Source: an uncultured virus (IMG/VR IMGVR_UViG_3300021399_004696) (Duplodnaviria > Heunggongvirae > Uroviricota > Caudoviricetes). From it: a stretch of DNA of 63,371 nucleotides. The position numbers were made by a program, and so were the translations under genes. The stretch is taken from the IMG/VR virus record IMGVR_UViG_3300021399_004696; one strand, given 5' to 3'. Below, piece by piece: positions 17,788-28,058 of this stretch. The notes under the pieces are model-generated. The model was not told the DNA's origin, did not search any database, and saw only the letters and a program-made list of their open reading frames with translations. Positions within the stretch are counted from its first letter, which is position 1. The number at the start of each line of letters is the position of its first letter.

Positions 17788-17971
17788 GGCGTCTGCAAAC
17801 AAACCCTCCGAGAGTGCTGAAGACCGTTTCAGCGGTATAGAAGTCTTTTTCGTAATCATTTCTTTTATTATCCTTACCGCAACGCTTGCGCTTATAGTAC
17901 TCGGTTTTGATTCAGAGGCTCCTGAGTGGGTACAGCCTTTCTTATATACGAGTGTCAGGGAAAGCAAGTAA
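17780..17971 (+). CDS. small membrane protein
   Basis: Single TM helix; coupled ORF. Confidence 0.55.
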   Translation: MNRASANKPSESAEDRFSGIEVFFVIISFIILTATLALIVLGFDSEAPEWVQPFLYTSVRESK

Positions 17972-18033
17972 CACAATTTCCCCAAAGCCTTTTTTCAGCA
18001 CAGTATCATAAAATAAAAACGGAGGTCTTTGCA

Positions 18034-18480
18034 GTGTTTAGAAATTCTCTTTTTAAAGATTTTGTCAAAACCATTGAGCTTTCACTTAAAACCAAAGATT
18101 CTCCGTCATTTTCGGATCTGCCTCATCAGGCTCAAACAACGATCAGCGAACTTTTGACCGAGCGTAAATGTATGGATATAGATAAGTACAATCCGACCTT
18201 ATTATCTCCGCTTGCCAAGAAAGTCATGAAAGAGTACTGGCAAGACCCGAGATCATTAAGTAATCGCGAATACAAAGAGATCATTACTAAATATATAGTC
18301 AAGTACTGCCAGCCGTTAACAGCAGAAGAACGCCGATATCCTACGCTTGTTTACGAACGGGAAGATATGCTTAACGGAACAGTAGAAGACGCGATCAATC
18401 GGATCATTTATTGGGCAGACCTTGATGTAAGAGGAAAAGAAGAGGAAGGCATGAATAACAGCTGTAATCGCAGCTTATAA
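18034..18480 (+). CDS. hypothetical protein (C-terminus NRSL)
   Basis: GGAGG RBS before GTG 18034. Confidence 0.65.
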   Translation: MFRNSLFKDFVKTIELSLKTKDSPSFSDLPHQAQTTISELLTERKCMDIDKYNPTLLSPLAKKVMKEYWQDPRSLSNREYKEIITKYIVKYCQPLTAEERRYPTLVYEREDMLNGTVEDAINRIIYWADLDVRGKEEEGMNNSCNRSL

Positions 18481-18496
18481 AACAGGAGGTTTGTTT

Positions 18497-18745
18497 ATGG
18501 AGCGTAAATACGATCTTGTAGGCGTAGACGGCAACGCATTTTCTGTTGTCGGGTACACACAAAGGGCATTAAGGGAAACCGGGCATAAGGATCAGATAAA
18601 AGACTTGAAAGCGCGTGCTTTTTCAGGTGATTATAACCAGCTGATATGTGTTTGTCTGGCTTATATCGATCTGGCTAACGGAGATATCACTGTAGATGAA
18701 CTGGCAGACCATCTGCCTAACAACAGCAATGAACACGAACTGTAA
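18497..18745 (+). CDS. hypothetical protein (C-terminus EHEL)
   Basis: LVGVDGNAFSVVG..SGDY motif type common in MGE proteins; RBS. Confidence 0.75.
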   Translation: MERKYDLVGVDGNAFSVVGYTQRALRETGHKDQIKDLKARAFSGDYNQLICVCLAYIDLANGDITVDELADHLPNNSNEHEL

Positions 18746-18760
18746 GGAGGGTTTATACAA

Positions 18761-19120
18761 ATGAGCTATTCAACTTATATCAACTGGGGTACGATCCAGC
18801 TTAAAGCCGATATTCCCGAAGAAACCGTCAAGGAAATCGAAAAGATGTATATGGACGCTTTCGGTGACGAGGTAGATGTCGAATATATAACACCTGAAGA
18901 GGCGTGCGAGCCCGGAGGTTTTTTCAACATCCACGGATATCAGCGGGACTACAAGGCAAAGGAGATAAAAGATGCTTTGCGTAACACCGCACAATATGTC
19001 GCAAGCGGAGAGATCGAATGTACGGGCGAAGCCGATGAATTCTGGCAGTTTAAGTTTGAAGGCGATCAGTGGCTTGAAAAGCAGGGTTACAGAGCCTATG
19101 AGACCGGCTTTGGCATCTGA
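18761..19120 (+). CDS. hypothetical protein
   Basis: AAGGAGG RBS. Confidence 0.75.
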   Translation: MSYSTYINWGTIQLKADIPEETVKEIEKMYMDAFGDEVDVEYITPEEACEPGGFFNIHGYQRDYKAKEIKDALRNTAQYVASGEIECTGEADEFWQFKFEGDQWLEKQGYRAYETGFGI

Positions 19121-19138
19121 CAGAGGAGGAATACATAA

Positions 19139-19480
19139 ATGCGCATCAATATGACATGTAAGACGGCAGAGCAGTCATATGTTCCTTTTGTAAACGGGGC
19201 CGTCTTCCGCACGATTGCCGGTGAAGATGTCTTTATCGACCGCTTCCGGACCGAATTCAATAAAACGGCTCCTGATACTATCGTGATGGAGTGGAAGGGT
19301 TGCTATTTATGGGATGGTGAAAAAGAACAGAAGATCCCCGACGATTTTCTGGACGGAGCGACACTGTTGTGTCTTGAAATCGAAGATGATGCAGACCTCG
19401 GATATTTCTGTACGCCGATAAAATGTACGGTAGAGGGAAGAGCAGTAAATATAGCGGATCAGTTGTCGCACGACCTGTAA
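19139..19480 (+). CDS. hypothetical protein (C-terminus SHDL)
   Basis: GAGGAGG RBS. Confidence 0.72.
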   Translation: MRINMTCKTAEQSYVPFVNGAVFRTIAGEDVFIDRFRTEFNKTAPDTIVMEWKGCYLWDGEKEQKIPDDFLDGATLLCLEIEDDADLGYFCTPIKCTVEGRAVNIADQLSHDL

Positions 19481-19529
19481 AATTTTCCGCAAACTCAATA
19501 ACTTCAGTATCTTCGGAGGGTGGCGTTTA

Positions 19530-19560
19530 CCGGGCGTCACCCCTTCTTTTTCTGTATCAT
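19530..19560 (+). promoter_or_regulatory. CCGGG-N20-TATCAT element promoter
   Basis: Recurrent fixed-spacing motif. Confidence 0.6.
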
Positions 19561-19597
19561 AGACTTATAGAAATAAGAGAAAGAGAGTGCCCTGAAG

Positions 19598-20242
19598 ATG
19601 AAGAATATCAACGATTTTATCCCAAGTGTTATGGAAGATGCTGAAGCTCTCATTGCAAATCATTCCTGTTTTGCAAACCTGTCTATTCCGGGCAATCTGA
19701 CCTTTACTACATCTTCCAAAATGAGCCGGGCGCTGGGCAAGTGTTGCCGAAGAAGATCTCGTTACGGCGGTCTTGATAAGTTTATCATCGTGATCTCTGA
19801 AATGGTCCTGCAAGATCAGGTAGCGGATTTTCTGGTTGAGAACGTCATCATGCACGAACTGCTCCACGCTATCGACCGCAACGAGAATGGTCACAAAGGA
19901 CGCTGGGCACTTCTGGCATCTTATGTTAATCGAGACTACCCCGACCGTTATAATATAACCCGTTGTGAGGATCAGGAAAACCTAAAGGCGGCTAACTATA
20001 CAGAAGTTGAAGCCAAGTACACTATCTGCTGTACTAAGTGTGATAATAAGATAAAGAGAAATCGCGCATCAAACCTGACAAAGCACCCCGAGTGGTATCG
20101 TTGTAAGTGCGGGGGTACATTGGAAGTCCTCACTAAAAAGCCACATATTGAGGTTAAAGTGGCAGCTTGCGAAGTGCCGGATCTGCCGATCATCAAGCTG
20201 AATAATGAGGTATCCGGCCAGGTATCCATGATATTCGACTGA
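19598..20242 (+). CDS. SprT-like zinc metalloprotease with zinc ribbon
   Basis: RALGKC, HELLH..GH..W, CTKC..CKCGG. Confidence 0.85.
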   Translation: MKNINDFIPSVMEDAEALIANHSCFANLSIPGNLTFTTSSKMSRALGKCCRRRSRYGGLDKFIIVISEMVLQDQVADFLVENVIMHELLHAIDRNENGHKGRWALLASYVNRDYPDRYNITRCEDQENLKAANYTEVEAKYTICCTKCDNKIKRNRASNLTKHPEWYRCKCGGTLEVLTKKPHIEVKVAACEVPDLPIIKLNNEVSGQVSMIFD

Positions 20243-20272
20243 CTCCCTAAAAGGCTTGGAAACACTGGGTTT

Positions 20273-20303
20273 CCGGGCTTTTTAACTTCAAAGATGCGAT
20301 AAT
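20273..20303 (+). promoter_or_regulatory. CCGGG-N20-GATAAT element promoter
   Basis: Recurrent fixed-spacing motif. Confidence 0.7.
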
Positions 20304-20335
20304 CTAACTATCAAAGATGAAAGTGAGGAGCCTAT

Positions 20336-20821
20336 ATGCACAGCACAGTAGTTGAAATCGGCAAAACCCTGTTTACGGAAGAGACCGAAGACCGTCTCTC
20401 AGAGGCCGACCTTTATGATATGAAAGATACCAGCGTTGATTATTTTGATGAGTTATCTTCTTACGAAGGTGATGCCAAGCTGGTTGCCGGTTGGTATAAG
20501 GAGTCAGGTTTTCTGCTCCCGTCTGAAACGGAAACCGCCGTTAAGATTGGTGATGCGGAAGGTTTTTTGAAGAAAGCCTGGGAAGAAGTTGCCAAGCGTA
20601 TGCAGGAAGTCTTAGATGCAGGCGAAAAGGCTTTCATTGACGGCTCTAACGAATACAAATATTACAGCATCAGCGCCACCGCCGGACGCGAATTGTGGAC
20701 TGATGTGGTCTTCTACCTGAACGGTTGGGGGGCAATGAGCGATATAGACCTTGCCAGATATGTCCTGAAGAACGACATCAAAGAGCTTTATATTGGCAGA
20801 GTCTTTGATTATCACTTTTGA
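20336..20821 (+). CDS. hypothetical protein
   Basis: RBS; C-terminal YIGRVFDYHF. Confidence 0.75.
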   Translation: MHSTVVEIGKTLFTEETEDRLSEADLYDMKDTSVDYFDELSSYEGDAKLVAGWYKESGFLLPSETETAVKIGDAEGFLKKAWEEVAKRMQEVLDAGEKAFIDGSNEYKYYSISATAGRELWTDVVFYLNGWGAMSDIDLARYVLKNDIKELYIGRVFDYHF

Positions 20822-20933
20822 TAAATCAATAACCCGCAGTTGTTGCAGAGGGGAGGTAACACCCTTCTGTAGTTTTCTGCTCTTGGCATCAATATGATGA
20901 AAATACAAAGAGTCTAATAAGGAGGACGACAAA

Positions 20934-21284
20934 ATGCTCAAATATCAATCTGATTGGGGCGGGGAGTACGACATCGGTTTTAGTGTTTCTTCCTATCGCA
21001 ACAATTCCAACACCTATGTCGGCATGATCTGTGACGAAGGCCCGTTTGCAGACCTGACCGTCAATATCAGGGATCTGCCTGAAGGCTTTGCGTGCCTGGA
21101 TACCAATAACATCCCTAATGCAGAGGCTTTTGTTAAGGAAAACAATCTCGGCACACCGACCGGCACATACGCTCAGAGCGGGTTCTGTACTTATCCCATC
21201 TATAAGCTCAATATAGACGAGATCAACAAGCATCTGGGTTTGAGCCCTACAAACGAGATCGGCGAAACCGGGCACGGTCTGTAA
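20934..21284 (+). CDS. DUF4313-like protein (C-terminus GHGL)
   Basis: LTVN..ACLDTNN..F..EN.LG..TG..SGFCTYP.Y. Confidence 0.7.
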   Translation: MLKYQSDWGGEYDIGFSVSSYRNNSNTYVGMICDEGPFADLTVNIRDLPEGFACLDTNNIPNAEAFVKENNLGTPTGTYAQSGFCTYPIYKLNIDEINKHLGLSPTNEIGETGHGL

Positions 21285-21306
21285 GTAAAGAAAGGAGTGT
21301 AAACAC

Positions 21307-21759
21307 ATGAGTCAAGGTGTATTTGTTTCAGGTGAGTTGACAGGTGATATCATATCTTCCGTAATGATCGATTTGATCACACAGATGGTAGCTAAAGGCA
21401 CAAACGAAAAAGTGTTCGAGTGCAATCCCGATCCTTCTACGGGAACGGCTACTATCTGGACTAAGAAGGATGAATACTGGGGGTTGTCTCCCGAGGCCGA
21501 TTATATTTTCGATCCTCTTATGAGGCTTACAAAGCTCGCCGAGAAAAATGGCATAACCTTAAACGGGCATTTTATGCTGGAGCATTCCGACAGTAACGAC
21601 AAAACTTATCTTGATGTCAAAGATAACGAAATCTCGATCTTGAACGGGCATCTCGTTGAAGCGGATACGATGTCTTTGATCATGGAACTTGAGCGTAGAG
21701 GCGTTCTGCCTGAAGATTTCTCTTTAGACGATTTTGCCGATCCCAACGCCGGCCTTTGA
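21307..21759 (+). CDS. hypothetical protein
   Basis: AAGGAG RBS. Confidence 0.72.
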   Translation: MSQGVFVSGELTGDIISSVMIDLITQMVAKGTNEKVFECNPDPSTGTATIWTKKDEYWGLSPEADYIFDPLMRLTKLAEKNGITLNGHFMLEHSDSNDKTYLDVKDNEISILNGHLVEADTMSLIMELERRGVLPEDFSLDDFADPNAGL

Positions 21760-21795
21760 GTTAACAACAACTTTCAGTTTAGAAAGTACCCCATA

Positions 21796-21826
21796 CCGGG
21801 CTTTTCTCTTTGATTTTCAGTATCTT
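21796..21826 (+). promoter_or_regulatory. CCGGG-N20-TATCTT element promoter
   Basis: Recurrent fixed-spacing motif. Confidence 0.55.
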
Positions 21827-21851
21827 GATAGAAGAGAGGAGCCCGATTTTT

Positions 21852-23804
21852 ATGGATCTTTCAAGTCTTAACGAGCGACAAAAAGAAGTCGTACTTCATT
21901 CATCCGGCCCCGCGGTCGTTCTGGCAGGTGCGGGTTCGGGCAAAACGCATACGCTTATATCCCGCGTAGCCTATCTGATAGAGCAGGGGACTCCTGCGTC
22001 TTCTATCCTTGCCATAACTTTTACCAATGCGGCGGCGGACGAGCTTAAAAAGCGTTCTGCAGCGCTGGGTGCAGCGTCGAGTAAAAATGTTGTCGCCTGT
22101 ACTTACCACAAATTCTGTAACATGATCCTCCGACAATACGGGTACAAAGTCGGCCTCCCGTCTTTTACTATTCTTTCAGCATCCAAATATGTTGATCTGA
22201 TAAACTATGTTAAGTCCTCAAACCCCGTTTATGAGAACATCAAAAAGAAGTTCCCGTCCGGTAAAAAGGTATCGGAGATCATATCGATACAGCTCAATAA
22301 TGACATGGCTCTCGATGACATATTGAAAACGGAAAAGTTTGAGAAATACTATCCTTACCGCGATCTTATCGCCGAGCTTATCAAAGATGTGCATGAATAC
22401 TGTTTTAAGGAAAAGCTCCTGTCTTTTGATGACCTTCTGGTATATATGAACCGCCTTCTGGACGATCCGTACACCTGTCAGAAGGTTGCTGCCTTTTATC
22501 AGTACATCATGGTCGATGAGTTTCAGGATACCAACAACCTTCAGGAGCAGATCGTCTTTAAGATCTTTCAATACAACAGAAACATCATGGTAGTAGGGGA
22601 CATCTCCCAGTCTATCTATGCCTTTCGCGGCGCTAATGTCAAGAATTTAATGAATTTCTCGCACAAGATGGGTGACTGTCAAACCTACATTCTTGATTAT
22701 AATTACCGGTCCGTTCAGAAGATCCTCGATACGGCTAACTCCGTCATGCAGTCTAATGTATCATCATGGCGGTATTTCAATATGAAAAGCCCTTTTAAGA
22801 AGGGCAGTGCCCCGTACCTGATCCGTTGCGCCGATCCCGGAACAGAAGCCTTTACGGTGCTTAATCTGATCTGTACCCTCAATCTTGATATACCCCTTAA
22901 TGAGATAGCAGTAATAGAACGCAGTTCCCGTGAGTCATTCCAGCTTGAAAATGAGCTTACCAAGAACAAGATACCGTTCATTAAATACGGCGGTACTGCT
23001 TTTGCTGAACTGCAATGCATAGGTGATATTATTGCTTATCTTACCTTGATAACCGATCCGAAAGACCGGCTCAGCTGGCATCGTATATTACAGCTTCATC
23101 CGGGGATAGGGGAGACGATGGCCAAGAAGATAGCCGATCTGTGTGAAAACTCCGATTTCCTTATCAATAACGATTTTAAGAAAAGGAAATTCTATCCTGA
23201 ACTTACACTTCTGAATGAGAAGATATCCGACTGGAGCGGCATTACGGATCTGAAGACCGTATTCGATGCCGTTGCGGATTTTTACCTCACTCTCCGGCAG
23301 CGTCTTATCAATGAAGGTGCATTCCGTTCTGAAGAGGCGGTAGAGGAAGAAATATCACGGCTTATCAAGGACAGAGCAAACATTGAGGCCTTGCGATCAA
23401 TGACCGACGGCTATCATTCAGTAGGGGATTTCGTTGATGACATCGTTTTAGACAGCGTTTCCGATGATACGGATAAGGCTAATGCCCTGACTATCACTAC
23501 GGTGCATTCAGCCAAGGGGCTTGAGTGGGAAGCGGTCATCCTTCTGGATTGCGTAGAAGGCTTCTTCCCGGCTCATATTCCGGAGGAGATGCAGGGTTCT
23601 GAAGAAGACGAAGAAGAGTTGCGCTGCTTCTATGTGGCGATCACCCGGGCAAAAAAGCATTTGTTCCTCTGTGCCCCTGGTCGCGCTTTAACTCAATGCG
23701 GTTGGCAGATGACGGAACTTTCCCATTACCTGAAACCCGCTGTTAAAACTTGTAAAATTTTGCGTGAAACAGACATTGAAAAAATAACATCTTTCGAAGA
23801 TTAA
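21852..23804 (+). CDS. UvrD/PcrA-family SF1 DNA helicase
   Basis: LAGAGSGKT, TFTNAAA, VDEFQD, GDISQSIYAFRG, NYRS, TVHSAKGLEW, YVAITRAK. Confidence 0.93.
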   Translation: MDLSSLNERQKEVVLHSSGPAVVLAGAGSGKTHTLISRVAYLIEQGTPASSILAITFTNAAADELKKRSAALGAASSKNVVACTYHKFCNMILRQYGYKVGLPSFTILSASKYVDLINYVKSSNPVYENIKKKFPSGKKVSEIISIQLNNDMALDDILKTEKFEKYYPYRDLIAELIKDVHEYCFKEKLLSFDDLLVYMNRLLDDPYTCQKVAAFYQYIMVDEFQDTNNLQEQIVFKIFQYNRNIMVVGDISQSIYAFRGANVKNLMNFSHKMGDCQTYILDYNYRSVQKILDTANSVMQSNVSSWRYFNMKSPFKKGSAPYLIRCADPGTEAFTVLNLICTLNLDIPLNEIAVIERSSRESFQLENELTKNKIPFIKYGGTAFAELQCIGDIIAYLTLITDPKDRLSWHRILQLHPGIGETMAKKIADLCENSDFLINNDFKKRKFYPELTLLNEKISDWSGITDLKTVFDAVADFYLTLRQRLINEGAFRSEEAVEEEISRLIKDRANIEALRSMTDGYHSVGDFVDDIVLDSVSDDTDKANALTITTVHSAKGLEWEAVILLDCVEGFFPAHIPEEMQGSEEDEEELRCFYVAITRAKKHLFLCAPGRALTQCGWQMTELSHYLKPAVKTCKILRETDIEKITSFED

Positions 23805-23839
23805 AAAAGACCTCAAACCCCTGTGCCGGCGCGGTTTTA

Positions 23840-23897
23840 CCGGGCTTTCAACTCTTAAAAATGCGATAATCTAACTATCAAAAGAGGAAGAGAGGAT
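23840..23897 (+). promoter_or_regulatory. CCGGG-N20-GATAAT promoter plus conserved leader/RBS cassette
   Basis: Leader TAACTATCAAAAGAGGAAGAGAGGAT is shared with the 36674 and 38020 copies. Confidence 0.75.
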
Positions 23898-23905
23898 AAG
23901 AGGTT

Positions 23906-25435
23906 ATGGCAGACTTTAGAGCACTGGCTACAACGGTTTTGGAAGACCCTGTAACAGCAGAAACCAAGAAGGCATCGGTAAAGCCTACATATACGTGGGG
24001 TGTTGAGGTATCCGGTAACGATTTCGTCATCACAAAGAACGGGTGTCGTACCCTTACACAGTTGGTCGTTATGCTTTCACAGAGCAAGATCTTCTTGAGG
24101 AAGGAAAAGGCTAACGGAGAAGCAACGGCAGTTGCTGTCAATGAGGATCTCTGGAAGAGGTTTTTTAACGGCTGCAGAAGCGTAGAGTTTCCTGAAAATT
24201 TTTGGATCACTTCAGGGTCTTGTATGTTCACTCCCACTTTGAATTTCCTTCGGGCCTTATTTACAGAAGACAACAAAGCAGTTCGTAATCTTATTAATAA
24301 GGGTGCTATCGCGTTCTATTTTCAGGGTGATCGTTACGGTTGTAACAGTTACTTTGATGCAAAGTCCGGCAGGTATGTCATCAGGATCAAGGTCAATCCC
24401 CGCACAGAATATATCCCCAGTGATGCGGTAATTACCAGCTTATTCGAATACGGCCCTGCTCATGTTTATAAAGTGCTTCAGATCGACCATAAGTTCTTGA
24501 ATTATATCCACACCGGTATCGGAAAAAATTTTGTTTTAGACAATCTTAATTTCGTTGAGTGGCTTTACAGAACATTCGGTATCGATTGTGCAAGAGATTA
24601 TATCAGCACTTACGACACGGGCCGTGTTGCAATCCCCGGCGTAACCCAAGATTATATTCCTTGCCGCGGCAGATTTTGGGGAAACGGTAAGCACCACTAC
24701 ATTCACGGCGAGTGGGAGACGGAATTTGTTGATGGCATTTACGAAGGCGTTGATAACGAGTCTGCCGTCAGTCTGAAGATCCCCGGCATCAAGTTCGACT
24801 ACAAGACCTTCAGAAACTATACGATCTTTAAGTCTCGTTCTATGGGGTTTGAGGACTATAAGGAGTTCTTTGACACTTGGTATGACTACTGCAGTATGCA
24901 GTACGCGATCTACGGTAAGATCAAGGAAAAGTACCCCAATAACCTTCTTCTTGAGCATAACCTTCTTTCTATGAAAACAAAACTTATGCAGCAGGAGATT
25001 GATGCACAGAAGTTCGCAACGGCAGTAAAGAATAACCTTATATTCGAGGGAAGTTTCTACTATAACGGCAAGAAGATGCTCGTTACAGTTCCGAAGACAT
25101 CACAGGAAATGCTTGACGAAGCAGTAGAGCAGAGTAACTGTCTCGCATCTTATGTGAACAGAGTTATGGAAGGAAACTCGATAATCCTGTTCCTTCGCCC
25201 GGCATCTGATCCTGACACTTCTTATGTTACGGTTGAGACCGATTGCGACGGTAATGTCCTTCAGGCATATTTTGCATATAACAACCCGATCCCTGCAGAT
25301 CTTCGCTGCAAACTCGCAGACTTCCTGAAGAAGAAGGCACAGGGCATTCCTGAAGAGCCGGAGCCGATCAAAACGGATACTACGGATAATGCTGAAAGAA
25401 AACAGGTTTCCATCGAGGATCTGTTAGCATCATAA
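23906..25435 (+). CDS. PcfJ-domain protein
   Basis: WYDY..LLLEHN..EMLDEAVEQSNCLASY..ILFLR..SYVTVE..Q..AYN. Confidence 0.8.
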   Translation: MADFRALATTVLEDPVTAETKKASVKPTYTWGVEVSGNDFVITKNGCRTLTQLVVMLSQSKIFLRKEKANGEATAVAVNEDLWKRFFNGCRSVEFPENFWITSGSCMFTPTLNFLRALFTEDNKAVRNLINKGAIAFYFQGDRYGCNSYFDAKSGRYVIRIKVNPRTEYIPSDAVITSLFEYGPAHVYKVLQIDHKFLNYIHTGIGKNFVLDNLNFVEWLYRTFGIDCARDYISTYDTGRVAIPGVTQDYIPCRGRFWGNGKHHYIHGEWETEFVDGIYEGVDNESAVSLKIPGIKFDYKTFRNYTIFKSRSMGFEDYKEFFDTWYDYCSMQYAIYGKIKEKYPNNLLLEHNLLSMKTKLMQQEIDAQKFATAVKNNLIFEGSFYYNGKKMLVTVPKTSQEMLDEAVEQSNCLASYVNRVMEGNSIILFLRPASDPDTSYVTVETDCDGNVLQAYFAYNNPIPADLRCKLADFLKKKAQGIPEEPEPIKTDTTDNAERKQVSIEDLLAS

Positions 25436-25449
25436 GAACACAAGAGGTT

Positions 25450-25477
25450 GAAGCCCCGGTGTAAAAGCCGGGGTTTT
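25450..25477 (+). terminator. intrinsic terminator
   Basis: GCCCCGG..CCGGGG stem plus TTTT. Confidence 0.6.
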
Positions 25478-25503
25478 GATCTCCCTTGATGCAATATCGG
25501 CTT

Positions 25504-25534
25504 CCGGGCGTCTAATCGCTATAACTGGCATAAT
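25504..25534 (+). promoter_or_regulatory. CCGGG-N20-CATAAT element promoter
   Basis: Recurrent fixed-spacing motif. Confidence 0.65.
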
Positions 25535-25575
25535 ATAAGTATCTAAATAGTAAATAGGCATCTACAGAAGGGAGA

Positions 25576-25878
25576 ATGCAGATGAACCGTTGGCAACAGT
25601 ATTATTGTGATGAACTGTATGAAGGGAAGATGCCGAGAAATAAGATCGGTAAGTGTGAGTTTGACCTTTTGGGGAAGTGCAGCGACATAATCAAGGTGGA
25701 CTTTCCTCGCGGCTCTGAAATTTACACGATCACCCTGAACGAGTGCAATATGCCTAAAGGGAAGATAGATGTTCTTACTCTGGCAGCCAACCTTCGTCTC
25801 TGGGCGGCGCGTGGCTGGTCTATGACTACCAACAGCAGTGCCAAGCGGATATCTGCATCAAGGAGGTGTTGCAAGTGA
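25576..25878 (+). CDS. hypothetical protein
   Basis: ORF with RBS. Confidence 0.65.
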   Translation: MQMNRWQQYYCDELYEGKMPRNKIGKCEFDLLGKCSDIIKVDFPRGSEIYTITLNECNMPKGKIDVLTLAANLRLWAARGWSMTTNSSAKRISASRRCCK

Positions 25879-26105
25879 CTGATACCGATATCGATCTTAA
25901 CGCCCCGGTTTACGATGTTATCGAAATTATCGAGTATATAACGATAGTTCTTTTGACGGCATTGAACGCTTATGTGACCTATCTGGAGGGAAAGATGTTC
26001 TTTGCTGTGCTGTATGCCATAAATGTCTGCGTCTGGCTGGTTATAGCTTCCGTTAAAGCAGTCGGATCGGTGCATAAACGCAAACTGAAAAAGAAATATC
26101 CGTAG
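25866..26105 (+). CDS. small membrane protein
   Basis: AGGAGG RBS, two hydrophobic segments; start uncertain. Confidence 0.55.
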   Translation: MLQVTDTDIDLNAPVYDVIEIIEYITIVLLTALNAYVTYLEGKMFFAVLYAINVCVWLVIASVKAVGSVHKRKLKKKYP

Positions 26106-26149
26106 CCGGTTCAATTCCTACACTTAATCCTTTTTTGTAACACATTTTA

Positions 26150-26180
26150 CCGGGCTTTCAACCCTGAAATTCCCGATAAT
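26150..26180 (+). promoter_or_regulatory. CCGGG-N20-GATAAT element promoter
   Basis: Recurrent fixed-spacing motif. Confidence 0.7.
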
Positions 26181-26207
26181 AAAGGAAAACAAGAGAGGAT
26201 TATTTTT

Positions 26208-26855
26208 ATGTTTTTATCACACACTTTTGTTCCTCACGACAAGGAAAAGGCCAGTCTTGAGAGAACCACTCTGTTTTTCGATCTTGACGGAACTTGTGCA
26301 AAATTCCGTTCTATGAATGAGGAATACACCCTTCGCGGTGAGTCTCGCTTCTTCCACATGGAAGATCTGTATGAGCAGAACTACTTTGCAGAACTGCCTC
26401 CGCACAAAAATGTCGTCGAGACGGTAAGGCAACTTTTTAAGTTCAAAGACGACTTGCAGATAGATGTTGCCTGTTTGTCATCATATCTTCCCGATTCGGA
26501 TTTCGCGGCATCGGAAAAACTGAACTGGGTCGCCAAATATATCGGTGAAGATGTCCCCGTCATTTTAACTCCTTGCGGACATCCGAAGAAGGATTTTATA
26601 GAGACTAACGGTAACTATGCGATCCTTGTCGATGACTATTCAAAGAACCTCATTGACTGGCAGGACGATTCTATTTTCCAGAGCATCAAGATGAGAAACA
26701 CCATTAACGGTACACACGGTACTTGGATCGGCCCGGACTTGAGCGTACATGATAAGCCGCAGAAACAGTTTGGAAATCTGGTCAAGGTTCTCAAGTCTAT
26801 TAGGGAGTTCGGAGTCATCGGAAATAATCCTTTTGATAAGGATCATCAGTTATAA
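26208..26855 (+). CDS. HAD-superfamily 5'(3')-deoxyribonucleotidase-like protein (C-terminus DHQL)
   Basis: FFDLDGT, LSS, EKLNW, ILVDDY..NL..W. Confidence 0.78.
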   Translation: MFLSHTFVPHDKEKASLERTTLFFDLDGTCAKFRSMNEEYTLRGESRFFHMEDLYEQNYFAELPPHKNVVETVRQLFKFKDDLQIDVACLSSYLPDSDFAASEKLNWVAKYIGEDVPVILTPCGHPKKDFIETNGNYAILVDDYSKNLIDWQDDSIFQSIKMRNTINGTHGTWIGPDLSVHDKPQKQFGNLVKVLKSIREFGVIGNNPFDKDHQL

Positions 26856-26891
26856 ATAACGATTATAGACCAATAAAAAGGAGATGCCGGA

Positions 26892-27203
26892 ATGGACGAT
26901 AATATAAGAACAAACAAAAAGATCGAGTCTTCTAACGAAGCGATCGAGACCCTTAATGAGATCAAAGTGTCGGGCGGTATGCCCAAAAAAGCAGCAACGC
27001 TTGATCAGGTCATTGAATATATAAAAGCGGACGATGGCAAAAACACTCAAACTGCCATAGGGCTTCTTAACGATATACGATTGTCCGGATATATGTCGGA
27101 TAAAACAAATATTGATAGGGTTATTCGTTATCTGGAAACAAGACATTTTAAGCCCGAATCTCTTTCTTCGGATCATGAAATTTTTGGAGGTATCAGTATA
27201 TGA
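26892..27203 (+). CDS. hypothetical protein
   Basis: ORF with RBS. Confidence 0.65.
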   Translation: MDDNIRTNKKIESSNEAIETLNEIKVSGGMPKKAATLDQVIEYIKADDGKNTQTAIGLLNDIRLSGYMSDKTNIDRVIRYLETRHFKPESLSSDHEIFGGISI

Positions 27204-27757
27204 AACTTTTAGGCGCTAATACATTAAAAAGAGCTTTTGATGCGGCCAGCAACAACGGCACAAAACTGCTTGGCATAAAAGATATCTATAACACTATCAA
27301 CAAGACCGGTAATATGTTGCCGGAAAACGGCGTTGTGTTCTGGGTCAATCCTGACATCAACATGAATGACATTTCCGATTCCATGATGCTCGATTCCAAC
27401 CAGACCATCGCTTCTATGCTTACTGAAAACGATATCATGATCTATTTGGAAGTAAAAGGCGAGGTTCGAGTAACTTTTGAAGGAGAGACTTATAAAAGCT
27501 ACTCTGAATTTCCTCCTGAACTCAAAGACTTGATCGCCAATGACAGACAGTGGGAGCTGGACGACCGCGTATATGTCGGCAACAATAACTGGTTCGAAGC
27601 ATTCGTTTCAGGGTCTGCTTTAGAAGATGCCGGAATTGCTGAAGAATCTGATGTTGTCGATATTGAAAATTGCAGCTACGGCAGCTTATTCAATATCTGT
27701 AAAGATATTGCGGATCGTTACACCGAGCTGATAAAAGAGCAGGGAAAAGACCTGTAA
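27200..27757 (+). CDS. hypothetical protein (C-terminus GKDL)
   Basis: ATGA coupling; GGAGG RBS. Confidence 0.72.
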   Translation: MKLLGANTLKRAFDAASNNGTKLLGIKDIYNTINKTGNMLPENGVVFWVNPDINMNDISDSMMLDSNQTIASMLTENDIMIYLEVKGEVRVTFEGETYKSYSEFPPELKDLIANDRQWELDDRVYVGNNNWFEAFVSGSALEDAGIAEESDVVDIENCSYGSLFNICKDIADRYTELIKEQGKDL

Positions 27758-27770
27758 AACAGGAGGGCTT

Positions 27771-28040
27771 ATGGATATTTTTGTTAAGCAGGGTACTGGC
27801 CTATATGACAATGATGACCTTCAGAAAATGCTCAATACGCTCCAGGTTCCCGAATACAGGCATCAGTTTTTGGAATGCGTTTCGGAGGGCCATGATAAGA
27901 GTGCCATTATCGACTGCATTCTTGACGGTTTTTATGAGCGTTTTGAAAGGTATGACTCTGATGTTTGTGAGCAGTTTATAGCAGCGTATAAAGATTGGAC
28001 AGTCGGGTTGGGCTTGGCCGAACCTGAAAGAAATTTATAA
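27771..28040 (+). CDS. hypothetical protein (C-terminus ERNL)
   Basis: AGGAGG RBS. Confidence 0.7.
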   Translation: MDIFVKQGTGLYDNDDLQKMLNTLQVPEYRHQFLECVSEGHDKSAIIDCILDGFYERFERYDSDVCEQFIAAYKDWTVGLGLAEPERNL

Positions 28041-28058
28041 AAAAGGATTGTTTTTGAT

